Shown here in pieces: positions 25,336-37,859 of a stretch of DNA of 64,000 bases. The notes beneath the pieces are model-generated. The model had not been told where the DNA came from and did not search any database. It worked only from the letters and a program-made list of their open reading frames with translations. How positions within the stretch are numbered: position 1 is the first letter of the stretch; every line of letters begins with the position of its first letter. The translations under genes were made by a program, and so were the position numbers. Location: the NCBI GenBank assembly GCA_964188305.1, contig OZ076888.1; one strand, given 5' to 3'. This DNA comes from Podarcis bocagei. Taxonomy: Eukaryota.

Positions 25336-25400
25336 CTGGGAGTTCCAGGTGGTCTCCCATCTTGCTACTGACTAGACCTGCTTGGTTTCATCAAGGTGGC
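25336..25400 (-). mobile_element. Decayed 5S rRNA-derived sequence (SINE3-like head)
   Basis: Minus strand GTCAGTAGCAAGATGGGAGACCACCTGGAA resembles the 5S internal promoter GTTAGTACTTGGATGGGAGACCGCCTGGGAA. Confidence 0.5.
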
Positions 25401-28400
25401 TGCAATGTGCCCCCTCAAACTTCCTCCGTGGACAATTCTGACTCAACATTGGAGTCCTGTACGCAAGCCCTATTTTTTCATAGAAGTAATTTTGCATGCT
25501 CAAGAGAGAGACTGCCCTATATTCATATGAAATGCACAGGAAATCAGAAGGGATGTATGTCCTATGTTTTATGGGAAGAGAAAAGCAACAACAAAACAGT
25601 CACACATCAAGTATTTATATAAGAATGATAGTTTCATTAATTACACAGAGAGACATTTGCAGTGATTTTCCTTCAAATTCTCAGTCAAATGTGCAGATTT
25701 GCAGCACTTTGAACTGTGCTGCACCAGTAATTGAGGATGAATATTTTAAATCAGTCTTGAATCACCGTACTCCATATAGACCAAATGAACTAATAAGTTG
25801 TTCATGTGTAGACTACTAATGTGCTTCCCCCTCCCATTCCCTCACCCTGACAGATGGAGTGCAGTCTTGAAAATTAGATACATTTGCTATTGGGAATTTT
25901 CAGAAGAGAGACTTAAAGGATAAAAAAAAAACCCTTCCTATTTATAAGAGAGCCAAAATGCCACAACAGTCTGTGTGTGCTTAAAATAAAAGAAAATGTA
26001 TACAAACTAAAGAAGATGCTTATCCAAACATTAAAAGATTGTTATGTGCACATCACAGGAAACAAGTCCCTATATTCAAATGGTACATTCTAGAGACCTT
26101 AGTAAGGGTGAATTTATTCCAAAATCTTTCTGCTGTCACAGCTAAGCAAGAGGACGTCATCACAATATTTTCATCCGATAGGCACATGTCAAGTGATAGA
26201 ATTGCACAGCTGTTTGCATCATCAGACTATTAACTTGGTGGGGAATGGGAGTTTTTGCAGGGAAGACAAACACTTGCCTGTATATTATTTCTTCCCTAAT
26301 TAGACAAAAAAAGCTCCCTGTTCTGGAAACTCCTACTGGAGGTCTGCCAAAGTCTCAGCTTGAGCATTTGCTAGAGGCAACCCAAGGTCTTTGCAGCCAG
26401 GTAGGTGTGATAGCTCAGGATTAGTAGAGTCTCTCTCTCTACTATAGGTCAGAATGAACTATAAGATGAGGACAAAAATAGGCTTATAGATAGTTTATAT
26501 ATGCTGCCCTTTTCAGTGGGAGTTGCAAGTAAGTCGCATTCAGAGGTCTCATTGTGAATGTGATACCCTCTGATCTTTAGGCATAAAAAGTAGAAGAGAA
26601 CTCAGAACACTTTAACTTTCATGAATGAAACTTCCCTCTAAAAAACAAAAAAGGGCCTTTGAGAAAGCTCTTCAGTGAGATATTGATCACAATTTTTCTA
26701 TAGGGCTTTTATAAAATAAGATGCATAGTCAAATCAACTCTATTTTATTCTGGAGTCATTAAACTAGAAGAAAAAAATATTCTGCCAATTCACACTAGTG
26801 TGTGGGTGTGGATGTAGGAGCTCTGCTTTGCACGCAACAACTCCAGTTGCATTCAGAAGTCTACATAAGCAGGTCCTTTACTATTCCTGTAAAACGTCAC
26901 AGCAAATTCTGCAATGCAAGACAATGATGTGAGCTGGACGTTTAAGAGAATGAGACATCTTCAGCTCATATGCACTTATTCTACATATCCACATTTTGCC
27001 ATATCAACTATGAGGACTAAGAGCTGACTTGCATGTATTTCATAGTAACTAATCTCCCTTTGATGCTTTTGAGCAATACTATGGGGCATTGCTGGGCTCC
27101 ATTAAGAGGGCCTTAGAACTCCCTGTCACTGCTCCTACACCTCATGCTGCCTGTTCACTTCTCTTCTCCAGGAATGGGAGTGAACAGCAAGAGGAGGAAC
27201 TGCAAGCTCCGCATCCCTTGCCCTCTCCCCCTGGGAGATGGTGAGGACTGGGCCCCAAAGGGAGAGGTAAGCAAATGGGCAGCTGCAAGAATAGTGATGA
27301 GGTCAGTACTTTGAGAAGTAGGGACCTGCAGACAGAATCTTGCTGAAGTAGTCCAGCCACAAACGAGCTTCAGAACCTGCCCACCGAGTGTGGCTGATTG
27401 AAGATTTTGTTGTCATCTAGGATACCACCTGGCCATTTATTTCACACTGTGGCCTCTAAACTGGGCACCATGGCACCCACAGACACCCACCAATGCCCTG
27501 TCCCTCAGAACTTTTTTTTAAAAAAAACAACAAAACCTTTAACAAGCCCTTTTGAAGGACTTGGACACCTGCTTTTTTGTTTAAGAAAGGGTATGCATGT
27601 TTTGCTGATTTGCGTGAGGAGTGTTGCCAGCTTTTATTCTGTGAAATGGCCATCTGTGGTCTCCGCAACAGTTTCCTAGATTTCCAAATGTGCCAAAAGG
27701 TGGGGCAGCCCCGATGTGACACATAATACAGCATTCAGTCCCTAGTTTTCGTTTCTCTTTTGCATGCCATATCAATCCAATGATTTGATTTCATTAAACA
27801 AATAATCATGAAGCTCTTCTTAACTTGATAGCCAAACACTATGTATTACAGATAGCAAGCCTCTGTCTTTTGTTTTGTCTATAAAGCCTGAACAAAGAGC
27901 TCCACTTAGTTGCCTCAACAAGAACATTATTCTTTAGTGCTGAGGAAAGATCAAAAACAGCAAGTAAAAAAGTTGAGACACTTTTTTTTTATCATAGCTG
28001 AGCAGAAAAAGTTACTCCATGTTTTAAGCCTTACTGCCTATTTCCCCCCAACACTGAATTAAACTAAGACTGCTGTCTCCATTGCCTTAAATTATTAGCT
28101 AATTAGCCCTGACTAAGGGACAACAGTGTGTTTGTGCTGGCAAGCTGTGAAAAGAACACTTCAGCTGGGAAGATCAATGCCATTTTTTGTCCGACTTACA
28201 ATAAGAAAGCTGCTGGCCTGGGTTATGAGTTTAAACCATCTTTCATTTGGCAGACAAGACGGTGATATTGACAGATCAATAGAGTAACTTTATGACAGGC
28301 TGCTGCTTCTGGACATGGTTGAATCATATTAAAGAGGCATCATTCTTAAAACCGGGAAAGTACATTTGGACAAAAGCTACCTGACCTTTGAAAATACTAA

Positions 28401-28664
28401 CACAGTCCTTATATAAAAATAAAGCCATCAAAAGCATGCAGCCAAGAGCCTCATCAAGAGAGACTCATCCTTCAGCGACAGAGAGTGCGAGGAGAAGCAT
28501 TACCTGTGCCCTGTTAGGAATAAACCAGGATTCCCCTAGTAGTATAAATGCATATATTCATTTTGCAGACGACATCAAACTTGGGCACAGACAAAGGAAG
28601 TCCGGGCCAATGAATGAGGTGAGTAATCTCTGAGCAAAGTTGTCACGAGATCACCTGCAACAGC

Positions 28665-28978
28665 CAGACCCTAAGTGTCCCTATTTCCTTGATTTAGAGA
28701 AGCCATGCCGGTTTCTAATTTGATCCCAAATGTCCTACTTTTCCTGAGGATGTCCCTATTTTCATCGGAGAAATGTTGGAGGGTATGGAGGATATTGAGC
28801 CGTCTGCAAGCAATCCTGTATAGGGAAGTTTTTTAAAGTTTAATTGTGTTTTTATATATGTTGGAAGCTGCCTAGAGTGGCTGGGGCAACCCACAAAGTT
28901 GTGTGGGGTACAAATAGTAAAATTACCATTATGGAACCAGACATCCCTCATTTCATCGGAGAAATGTTGGAGGGTATG
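28665..28978. mobile_element. Composite hAT-type MITE containing an L2 3' end and a duplicated right terminus
   Basis: Ends are CAGACCCT and AGGGTATG. The 28-bp terminus is repeated at 28760-28787 and 28951-28978. CAACAGC flanks both outer ends. Confidence 0.85.
28804..28931 (+). mobile_element. L2 3' tail inside the MITE
   Basis: CCTGTATAGGGAAG...GGAAGCTGCCTAGAGTGGCTGGGGCAACCCA matches the free L2 tails at 43356, 51520 and 60034. Confidence 0.88.
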
Positions 28979-30103
28979 CAACAGCTAGCTTGGAGGATTC
29001 AGTTTTGTCTTTTGCAGGACTTAGAATTCGGGCCCTGGGAGATCGAGGGGTCCTGGAGGCCAAGGATAGCACTGCCACGGGGTGGGACAAAGCTTTGCAA
29101 GAGACTGAAAAGCAGTTTAAAGGCAAGTTCTTGACATTTCACAAAATGTCAACAAATGTACAGTGTAGCAATGATATCATACATGCTTGTGCATTGCATT
29201 CAGGGTCGTAGACTGGTCTCATGTATCCAAGGTCTACCTGAAAAACAGCCGCTTCGGTATAGCACCTACACATGCATGCAACTGCAGCCACCAGTTCTAA
29301 TACTCTTGGTGGTGGTGATTTTTTTAGAAACCACTCAACTCCTTCCCTTTTGTCTACCTTCTATTGGGATGAGTAAACACCACCAGCCAAACTTTCAGGT
29401 TGTGCTTCATTGTAATTATGCTTGCTGAGAAATTTTTCCCAATTTGCAAAGGGTGGCTATGCTAAAAATTGAGGCTCCACCTTCATAAACACTTGTCACA
29501 TGAGGCTACAAAGGGGTCAATTTCAAATAAAAATGCCTTTAATAACTAAATCTACATTGGTGAAATGAAAGATTTGAACTTGTGTTCACCATTTTTTTCC
29601 ACTTCTTCATCCTCTACATTTTTTCATTGTACTCCATAGAGATGAACTTTTAATTTCCCAACAGCCTTTTGACATGCAGACTTTGAGGGATTCCAAACCC
29701 CCCCCCCCACTTGGTTTCCACCCAGTGATTCTGTTCATCAGCGACAAAATCTCTGCCACAGCATGGAAACCCTCCAGAGCCAAGCCCAAGAGACGATTTC
29801 AGAGGACGTGGAGTACGCCTGCAGATAATGCCTCTGGTGTCTGACTGTGTTAGGAATTTTCAACAGGCTGTTTAGTCCTAGGAGCAAATATCCTGGGATA
29901 GGTTTGGTAAAATGTAGATTTCCACCTTAAACATTAAGGGCTGCTTTCTTTCCACAGAAAGTGAAACTGCTGGCACAAAATGTTCATAGTAAGTGATGAG
30001 GTTCCCCCCCCCCTTTTAAAAAGACTCCTTGAGTGTGGCTTATTTTGCAGTAGTAGCACTAATAGTAGTACTACTAACAGGCATTCTTCAGCTGCATTCA
30101 GGT

Positions 30104-30220
30104 CAGCGATGGGGAACCTACAGCCTTCGAGAGGCTGTTAGACTCAAATTTTCAACAGAAACAGCCAGCATGGCCACTGGTGAAAGATGATAGGAGTTCA
30201 ACACAGATTCCCCATGCTTG
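30104..30220. mobile_element. hAT MITE (decayed)
   Basis: CAGCGATGGGGAACC...CAGCCAGCATGGCCA...TTCCCCATGCTTG. Confidence 0.7.
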
Positions 30221-30267
30221 TTTATAACATTAAAGATGTTTTAATATATAATCTTGGTAAATGTTAT

Positions 30268-30392
30268 AACAGCCCTGTAAAATAGTATTGTCATTCACAA
30301 ATTGCAGGTGAAGAACTGAGGCATAGATAGCATTTTACCTAAGGCTACATGGCTAGTTCATGACATTGGAAAGATGTGAAACAGACACTTAG
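30268..30392 (-). mobile_element. MIR/CORE-SINE fragment
   Basis: TTGCAGGTGAAGAACTGAGGCATAGA...TTACCTAAGGCTACA resembles the CORE domain. Confidence 0.6.
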
Positions 30393-30413
30393 TGGTTCTC
30401 AAATCTCTGTGTC

Positions 30414-30803
30414 CCAGTGTGCATGTAATGCAAAGCCAAACCATGACTTACTGCAAATCAGTAAGATAATCACTTTTCACTCCTCCTGTAGTCCCGCTGC
30501 TGTCACCCTATCAAGGGCTACACCATCGTTTGGCTTAGCTTAGCATTTGAACAAGGATTTGTGGTTTGTCTTGCTCCTGACAAGCTGTAACCAAGGTTTG
30601 CTTTTGGTTTACCACTTGTGGTTTGTCTAGGACAGACAAATCATGAGCCCAGTTTCAGAGGAAATGGTAATCCAAAACTATGGCAGCACAGCAGCAGCAA
30701 GACTGGGGGAAGGAGTGAAGCAGTGAAATATTGCCTCATCCCCTCCCTAACCCGCAACCCTCAGCTAAACCATGGTTTGGGTTTACTGTTACATGTGAAC
30801 TGG
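30414..30803. mobile_element. Foldback MITE with AAACCATG repeats
   Basis: CCAGTGTGCATGTAATGCAAAGCCAAACCATG pairs with CATGGTTTGGGTTTACTGTTACATGTGAACTGG. Internal inverted repeats are also present. Confidence 0.65.
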
Positions 30804-31071
30804 TTCAATCTCTTAATAATTACCACAGGGATGGAAAGTAGATTGGAATCTACTGGCAGAGCTCAGAATAATTTGCAGTAGATCAGAAAGAATTCTGATT
30901 CTCAGTTTAACCACAGTAATAACAAAAGGGCTTTCCCCCCTTTTTAAAGTGAGGCTGCTGAGATGAAAAAAGCTGGGGGTGAGTTGAACATGGACCCCAC
31001 TGAGTCAGTGGGACATATTCATGATTTAACTTAATTCTTATTTATTTCAATGGAAACTAAGTTCAAATAAA

Positions 31072-31234
31072 NNNNNNNNNNNNNNNNNNNNNNNNNNNNN
31101 NNNNNNNNNNNNNNNNNNNNNNNNNNNNNNNNNNNNNNNNNNNNNNNNNNNNNNNNNNNNNNNNNNNNNNNNNNNNNNNNNNNNNNNNNNNNNNNNNNNN
31201 NNNNNNNNNNNNNNNNNNNNNNNNNNNNNNNNNN
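31072..31234. other. Assembly gap (163 N)
   Basis: Run of N. Confidence 0.99.
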
Positions 31235-31680
31235 ATAAAAGTTCTGTAGGCAGTTTGTAATGGCCTGGATTCAAAGTTCTCTGACCGTCAGTCCAAACCC
31301 TGAAGAATCCCACATTGAAGGTTCCACACAGCTGACCACTCCCCAAGCATCACACTCTGGAGATGACCATCCAAGTATGACTGGAACCACTGCAAAGCTG
31401 CTCCAGAAGTATATTATGGTCAATGGTATCAAAAGCCGCTGAGAGGTCAAAGGGAATCGACAGGGCCACATTTTCCCTGTCTCTCTCCCAACAGAGGTTA
31501 CGATACAGGGTGACGAAAGCAGTTTCTGTGCCAAAACCATGCCTGAACCCCAATTGAAATGGAACTTGAAAATCAATTTCCTGATAATAGTCCACTCAGT
31601 GGCTGCTAAATGAAATTTTCCAGTCCAAACAGAATACCTGTTTCTGGGGGCTATTAACAGGGGAAGGATATTTCCTTCCT
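31235..31680 (-). mobile_element. L2 LINE reverse-transcriptase fragment
   Basis: ORF 31350..31595(-): FQLGFRHGFGTETAFVTL...FDLSAAFDTIDHNILL, the L2-clade RT motifs. Confidence 0.92.
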
Positions 31681-31689
31681 GATCTGCTT

Positions 31690-31927
31690 TTGAGCTTCCT
31701 GAAAGCACCTGGCTGTTATTGCTGGATGCTGGACTAGAACTGTAGAATTGCAGAGTTGGAAGAGACCAAGAGGGTCATCTAGCCCAACCCCCCTGCAATG
31801 CAGGAATACTTTTGCCCAATGTGGGGATCAAACCCACGACCCTGAGATTAAGAATCTCATGCTCAACCAACTGAGCTATCTCAGCTAATAGGCCTTTGGT
31901 TCAGCCTGGTTCTCTCTCATGCTCTTA
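31690..31927 (+). mobile_element. Old CR1 3' tail interrupted by a SINE
   Basis: GGATGCTGGACTAG | insertion | ATAGGCCTTTGG...ATGCTCTTA. Compare the uninterrupted end at 20350-20447. Confidence 0.65.
31735..31886 (-). mobile_element. tRNA-Lys(CTT)-headed SINE with CR1 3' tail
   Basis: Minus strand TAGCTCAGTTGGTTGAGCATGAGATTCTTAATCTCAGGGTCGTGGGTTTGATCCCCACATTGGGCA is fused directly to the CR1 end ATTCCTGCATTGCAGGGG...CTTCCAACTCTGCAATTCTA. Confidence 0.9.
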
Positions 31928-33639
31928 AGCAGCTAGGTGCCCAGTGTTCTTTCAGTATTGATGAGGAGCACGTCAGAGAGCTGTTGTTTTTAATAAGATA
32001 ATCCACAAACCCTGTGAAAAATATCTGAGAGCCACTAGCCCAAGCAGGAAGCAGCTATTCAGGTTTGCTACAAATGCCAGCATATCATTGCTGATAGAAA
32101 TTCCCATGAGAGTTTGTTAAGGAAAAATCTACCCTTACCCCCCCTGGGATACTGACTCTTGATAGGAACATAAAAGTGTCTGTAAAATTGATCCCCTTGT
32201 TATGCTACCATGTCAAGCAAACATTTAAAAAATGAGAATCAGATTTAAGATTTTTATGAAGATCTCCCCCCCCCCTTATTTGCACAGCTACAGAAATATT
32301 ATTATTTAATATTATAAAACAAATTAAATGCATGAAGCAAATGGCAGGCTAAACAGTTTAATACTAGCAAGATAGATAAAGGTCATAAATCACATCTTTC
32401 AGATGGATGAGATTGTGGGCATATTCTTTATTAAGTGGAGATAAATGTTCTCTTTCTCATTCCCTAATAGGTTATTCTTACGTAACTACAGGAAATGTTT
32501 CCAGGTCAATCTGGGGAGGATTTGGAAACACAATGCTAATCCTGGTACTGAAAACTTAAACGATGAAAGCACATTTCCTAAGTGTTGCACAACCGTTTAG
32601 CCACAAGCTGAAAAACTCTTGTTAAAATAGGACAGTGCCCAGATCAAAATCATGTACTGCCCAGCATCCTTTGCAGGTGACCCCAGCAATACATTCTGCA
32701 GTAAACTCTAACAATCAGAAGAAAAGAAACAAACAAACCCAAACCAAACAAGAAAATGCATTAGGCTAAGCACAGATGGTGCTGAGCTTCAGGGCACCCT
32801 GCGAGGGGGAGGAGGGGGTGGCACTCGGCTTTATCCCTCTCCCCCACTCTTCTAAGCAACTTCCTGCACTGCTTCTAAGCTCTACCTCTTTCTCTAACCT
32901 TCTCTAGCCATTGATGCTTCAGGCCAGACAGTTCCCATGGCAGCCAGTCAACAGAGCTGTGTATACTCCTCACTTAAAAAAAAAATAATAGCAAAAAAAA
33001 CCCCCCACCACCCGTACAATTCTGCATCTAGGCTGGCCAAATCACATGACGAGAGGCTAGATCTGTGACCCGTTTAACTGATGCAAATCTGCAGAGTTTC
33101 TTTTGTTTTGCATAATTTATTCTACAATACAAAATATATTTTGGTTTTGCTAGTTATGGGGAGGAGAAAGCATGTCCTCCCCAAACACCGGAAGCTTTAT
33201 TTAATCCTCGAAAATGCTTCTGAATGCATCCTTTGATGCAAAGTTTAGCAGCCATAAGGGCTAGCTTCTAAAAGATCCACAGTGTGGATTGCCACATTAA
33301 TTGATTTTAACTTTTGATTTGACACCTTCTCCTGGGATTATTATTTTTTTTGTTTAAATTTTTTTTAATGGATATTTGTATAAGGACAAGTTTAACCATT
33401 TTTATCCAATTTGAAATTTGATTTATTTGACCACAATTTACATCATTTATATAACTATTTTAATTTCATGATGTTACAAGCTTACTGTTGCATAATATAA
33501 TTCTTCTTCTGCTACTACTATTATTATGTTTACAACAACATAATCAGGAGGACAAGAAGTCTGGTTTTAAAAACATGAACAGTGACAGCTCAAGAAACCA
33601 GATTCTCCACCAGAACCACAATTTGCTAGTTTTCTACAC

Positions 33640-33764
33640 TAAGGTTACCGTTTCCCGGGGACAGTCCCCAGATTTACAAATCAGTCCCCTGACAAAATCC
33701 ATATATTTAGTAGGAAGTTGAAAAGTGTCCCCAGATTCATTGGGGAAAAAATCTGGTAACCTTA
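33640..33764. mobile_element. hAT MITE, 125 bp
   Basis: TIRs TAAGGTTACC / GGTAACCTTA with 8-bp TSD TTCTACAC / TTCTGCAC. Confidence 0.9.
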
Positions 33765-35382
33765 TTCTGCACTCTCAAGGAATGTGTCATACATGCTCCA
33801 ATGGCTCTTTGTTCTAAAACAGGGTGGTCCAACACACAGTCCAAGGCCTCAATGCCTTTTTTGATGGCTGCCCTCCTCAGTCCTCACACTGGCTTAGCCA
33901 GTTAAGTGAGACACCAGGCTTTGGTAAGGAGGCATGAGGGCTCAGAGTCCCCACTCCTCCTTCCCGAAGCCTAGTTAGCTCTTTCTCAGCTTTGGGAAGG
34001 AAGTGGAAGGGCTCTACAACCCTGCCAGAGCCTTGCCCCTTCTTCCCAAAGCCCAGCACCTGACTAAGTCTGGGTAGGGCCATCAAATTTTGGACTTGCA
34101 CTCTCTGCACCAGCATGCACACGCAACAAGGCAGTGTGTGGCCCATGGGTTGCATGGAGAAGTACCCCTGCAGCCCACTCGGTATGAAAAGACGTGAGAG
34201 GGCCCTGCAGTTATCCAACAAAATGGCCAGGCAAGGACTGCATTAAGCATTGGCAATAGCAATAGCAGGGAGGAATGGAGATTAGCAAGATGTTGGCTGC
34301 TCAGCATAACTGGCAGAGCTGGTATGAGGCACAAATAATCCATTGCCCAAGCTAATATATGTATTAGGCTAGACAAGAATAGATCACAAGGCTTCAAGAT
34401 ACGTTCAGCGAGTGGAGGGGAACCTGGAAGAAAGAGAAGGTTGACCATTGGCCAATCAGGTCCAATCAGTGGCATTTTCCGGCAACTGTGAAAATACACT
34501 GTTATGTCCAGTTTTAAGTCCCTTTTTCCTTCAAGCAAAGAACTAAAATAACTATTATTAATACCATTTACCAACAACTAACTTCACAAGAAAACATTTT
34601 GCTCTATCTTGATTAAATTCTTGTTAATAGACCTTTAACTGAAAAACCAGTCAATCACCATTAATATACCCATTGTTTGCAAGCATTCCAACTTTGTTCC
34701 CAAAGCATATACTAAACACGGATAAGGGAACTGTGACTATCTCACAGCATTTGCTTTCAGTTTGAGTCTGTTAGGCATGCCCCCATTCCAATCATTTAAT
34801 TTCTCCTGTAATAATCTTTCAATGATTTCTTTACATACACATTTCTAAGTTCTAACACCTCGAATTGTATTATTATTATTATTGTTATTATGGAAGAAAG
34901 CAAAAGGAAAACGAAAAAGCAACTGCTGTTGATTATAAGTTGGCAAATTCACTCAGCACTGTGTAAAAATAAAATAAAAAATTTATGTAAGTAGAATAAT
35001 GTTCTGGGGAATTCCAGTTACCTGGACACATGCTGTATTGTTTTACCTTCAGAACTTATGAAATCGCAAGCACTGAAAAACTTTAATAGAGGCAATACCT
35101 CCCAATCAAATCATTGTTATTATTGTTTGATTTAGCACTAATGGCACACCTGGCATAGGGGAATCTGATTAAATATGATTAGGAATCTCTGCTTTTTGAC
35201 AGAATTAACTGATTAATTGCACCGCTCTCAGCACCAATTAATATTAAATGCTATTAACGTATTTTTATGCAGTATAAAAAGAGAGTCTTTTGGTGGAAGA
35301 AGATTATGTGAACAAAAGGCAGTGTGATTACATTTACTCGCATTCATCTCAATATGGTCCTCTCCATCTATTACTTAGTTAT

Positions 35383-35386
<4 letters not shown>

Positions 35387-35442
<56 letters not shown>
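35387..35442. repeat. (TC)n(AC)n compound microsatellite
   Basis: Directly visible. Confidence 0.97.
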
Positions 35443-35444
<2 letters not shown>

Positions 35445-35585
35445 ATTTCAAGGTCCCTTTACCTGAGATCCCTTTAATGTGGAGATGCCAAAGAAATTGG
35501 GAGGTGGACCTTGGCGAGGAAACCATATCCTCTGCAATTGAGCAACATCACTTCTCTTCTATATTCAGCTTGCGAGTTCATATAA

Positions 35586-35717
35586 AGTTGGACCCAGACT
35601 TAATTGTACTTAGACTCACTGAAATCAATGGGACATGATTTAGCGATGCCTAACCTAAGTCCCACAGGGCCTCTTTCAGTGGGTCTAATCTATGCATGAC
35701 TAAGCCTGGAACCAACT
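35586..35717. mobile_element. Palindromic MITE
   Basis: AGTTGGACCCAGACTTA pairs with TAAGCCTGGAACCAACT. Internal TGAAATCAATGGGAC. Confidence 0.7.
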
Positions 35718-36293
35718 GACTGGACTTATTTTTTCATTATATTAGTCTATAAAACAGGGGTACTAACTGGACGCTTGCGGGCTGTGTATGGCCCACCAAG
35801 AGGTTTGGGGTGGCCCATGTAGTTTTTGACATTTCGGTGGCAAGTTGGCAGCTTTTTTTTTTAATGGCAATCTTGTTCAAATCCATAGGAGAGGGTAGTG
35901 GCAACCCAGCTTAAAAGCTCATGCCGTTGTCATGGTCACCTGTGCGTTCTGCTGAACCCAGCTCCCCAATAACTGCAAAGGCTGATTTACCGCCCTAAGC
36001 AGTGAACGGGAACTCCCTGCTCCCTGCATCCAGATCCCTTTCCTTCCCACCCTGTTTGCCCAGACTTCCAAATTACTATGCAGGAGAGTGCCCCTGAGTG
36101 ACACAGTCATGAGAGGACTGTCAATAATGCCACCACTATTTTTTTTCTTTAGCAACATTCCAAAAGCACTGATTACACTGAGGGTGGGGAAGATAAGACA
36201 GAGGGGGGAGAAAAGTGAGCAAAAAGGATCCACCCTCTCATCCTCTGCTATGTGTGTGAAATCTAAATCTGTGTGTATCTATATATCTATACA

Positions 36294-36657
36294 AGGGGCG
36301 CGGGTGGCGCTGTGGTCTAAAACCACAGAGCCTAGGGCTTGCCAATCAGAAGGCTGGCGGTCTGAATCCCCGTGACGGGGTGAGCTCCCATTGCTCGGTC
36401 CCTGCTCCTGCCAAACTAGCAGTTCGAAAGCACATCAAAGTGCAAGTAGATAAATAGGTACCACTCCGGTGGGAAGGTAAACGGTGTTTCAGTGCGCTGC
36501 TCCGGTTTCACCAGAAGCAGCTTAGTCATGCTGGCCACATGACCCGGAAGCTGTCTGCAGACAAACGCCGGCTCCCTCGGCCAGTAAAGTGAGATGAGCA
36601 CCGCAACCCCAGAGTCGTCTGCGACTGGACCTAACGGTCAGGGGGTACTTTTACCTT
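36294..36657 (+). mobile_element. Full-length Sauria SINE
   Basis: tRNA-like head, ACCTTT tail and 14-bp TSD TATATATCTATACA (36280-36293 / 36658-36671). Many CpGs are retained. Confidence 0.96.
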
Positions 36658-37859
36658 TATATATCTATACAGATATGTATGCTGTGGGAATTGGTACACA
36701 AACATGCAACACATGACCCTCAAAGGGGTGGCCAACTCTCAGCTATAAAGTATCACGTTATACAAACCTTTGCAACGCCACCTTTGCAGCCTAACATGAG
36801 AAATTACAGGTTCACGATTAAGATAACGGTGCTGAAATGGGTCAGGGAAGCCTGTCATTATGGGAATCAGTCATTTAACAAGCATCTTTGAGAGGGCCAG
36901 GTTCAAAATACCTTCAGCAGTAATGGGGCATGCAAGCAGGAGCTAGATTGAATTCCAACCACAAAATAAAACCTTACTTTGTAACACAGCGTTTAGTTCC
37001 TATGCATATATTGATTCGCTTTCATTTGGATGGATTTTACTTTGGAAGCCTCTGAACCAGCTGTTGAATTCATCATAGTTTTGTATTAACCTACAGGCAT
37101 CCTCTTCTAAAGACAGTATTGGCGCAGGTCACTCTTTTGATTTGCAAATAGTGTTACATTAAAGAGATACTCTTGTTATAAGACTCCCTTGCTTAATCTG
37201 AGTATTAGAAAAGAAAAATAAAGGTCAGTTGGAAAGCAGGTTCACGCCAGGATTTTCCCCTGCTAGTTAAAACCACATGGTACTAATAACTGTTTACATA
37301 ATCCCCGAGAAACTTGCAGCAAATTGTGTGAGCTGAAACATGAAAAGGGGAGTAAGCACCAGATTATGTTTAATGCAAGATATGAGCCTCCATATATATC
37401 TCTTTTTTTAAGCTGTCAAACTGATTTTCTTTTTCTTTAGATCCTTCAAATGATTCTGTAAATTTCATGAAAACGGCTAACTTCTGAATGTCAGTCACCA
37501 TGTTTAGTAAACAATCTAGATTCATGACTTCATAAGAACAATTCTCTTTAGTTGTTTGTGCTGTTTTTAAAACTATTTTAACTGTTTTATGGTACGTTTG
37601 TAAATTGTCTTGAGACACTAATAATAGGGGGTGGTGATGATGATTTTGGTGAAGTGGAGCATTCCTAGTCAATTTTTTGTGTGTGTGTGATTTCCAGGCT
37701 TCTTCTCCTTTACCACTGACTCCGAAGCTATCTGCCATGAAAGGGGCTGAAATGTACTATTAAAGATTAAAATGTGCGTGTCGGATGCATCCTCTGTGCA
37801 GCATGGATTCCTCCCTCCCCTCACCCAAATATGGGTGATTGCATCAACCTAAGGGATGA

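Noticed and set aside
31047-31346. ORF spanning X residues
   Set aside because: Artefact of the N gap.
31813-31885. tRNA-Lys(CTT) gene
   Set aside because: The acceptor stem is mismatched, the T-loop is altered (TTT instead of TTC), and it is fused to a CR1 tail. It is a SINE head.
34083-34577. 164-aa minus-strand ORF
   Set aside because: No recognisable motif. The length is compatible with chance in 64 kb.
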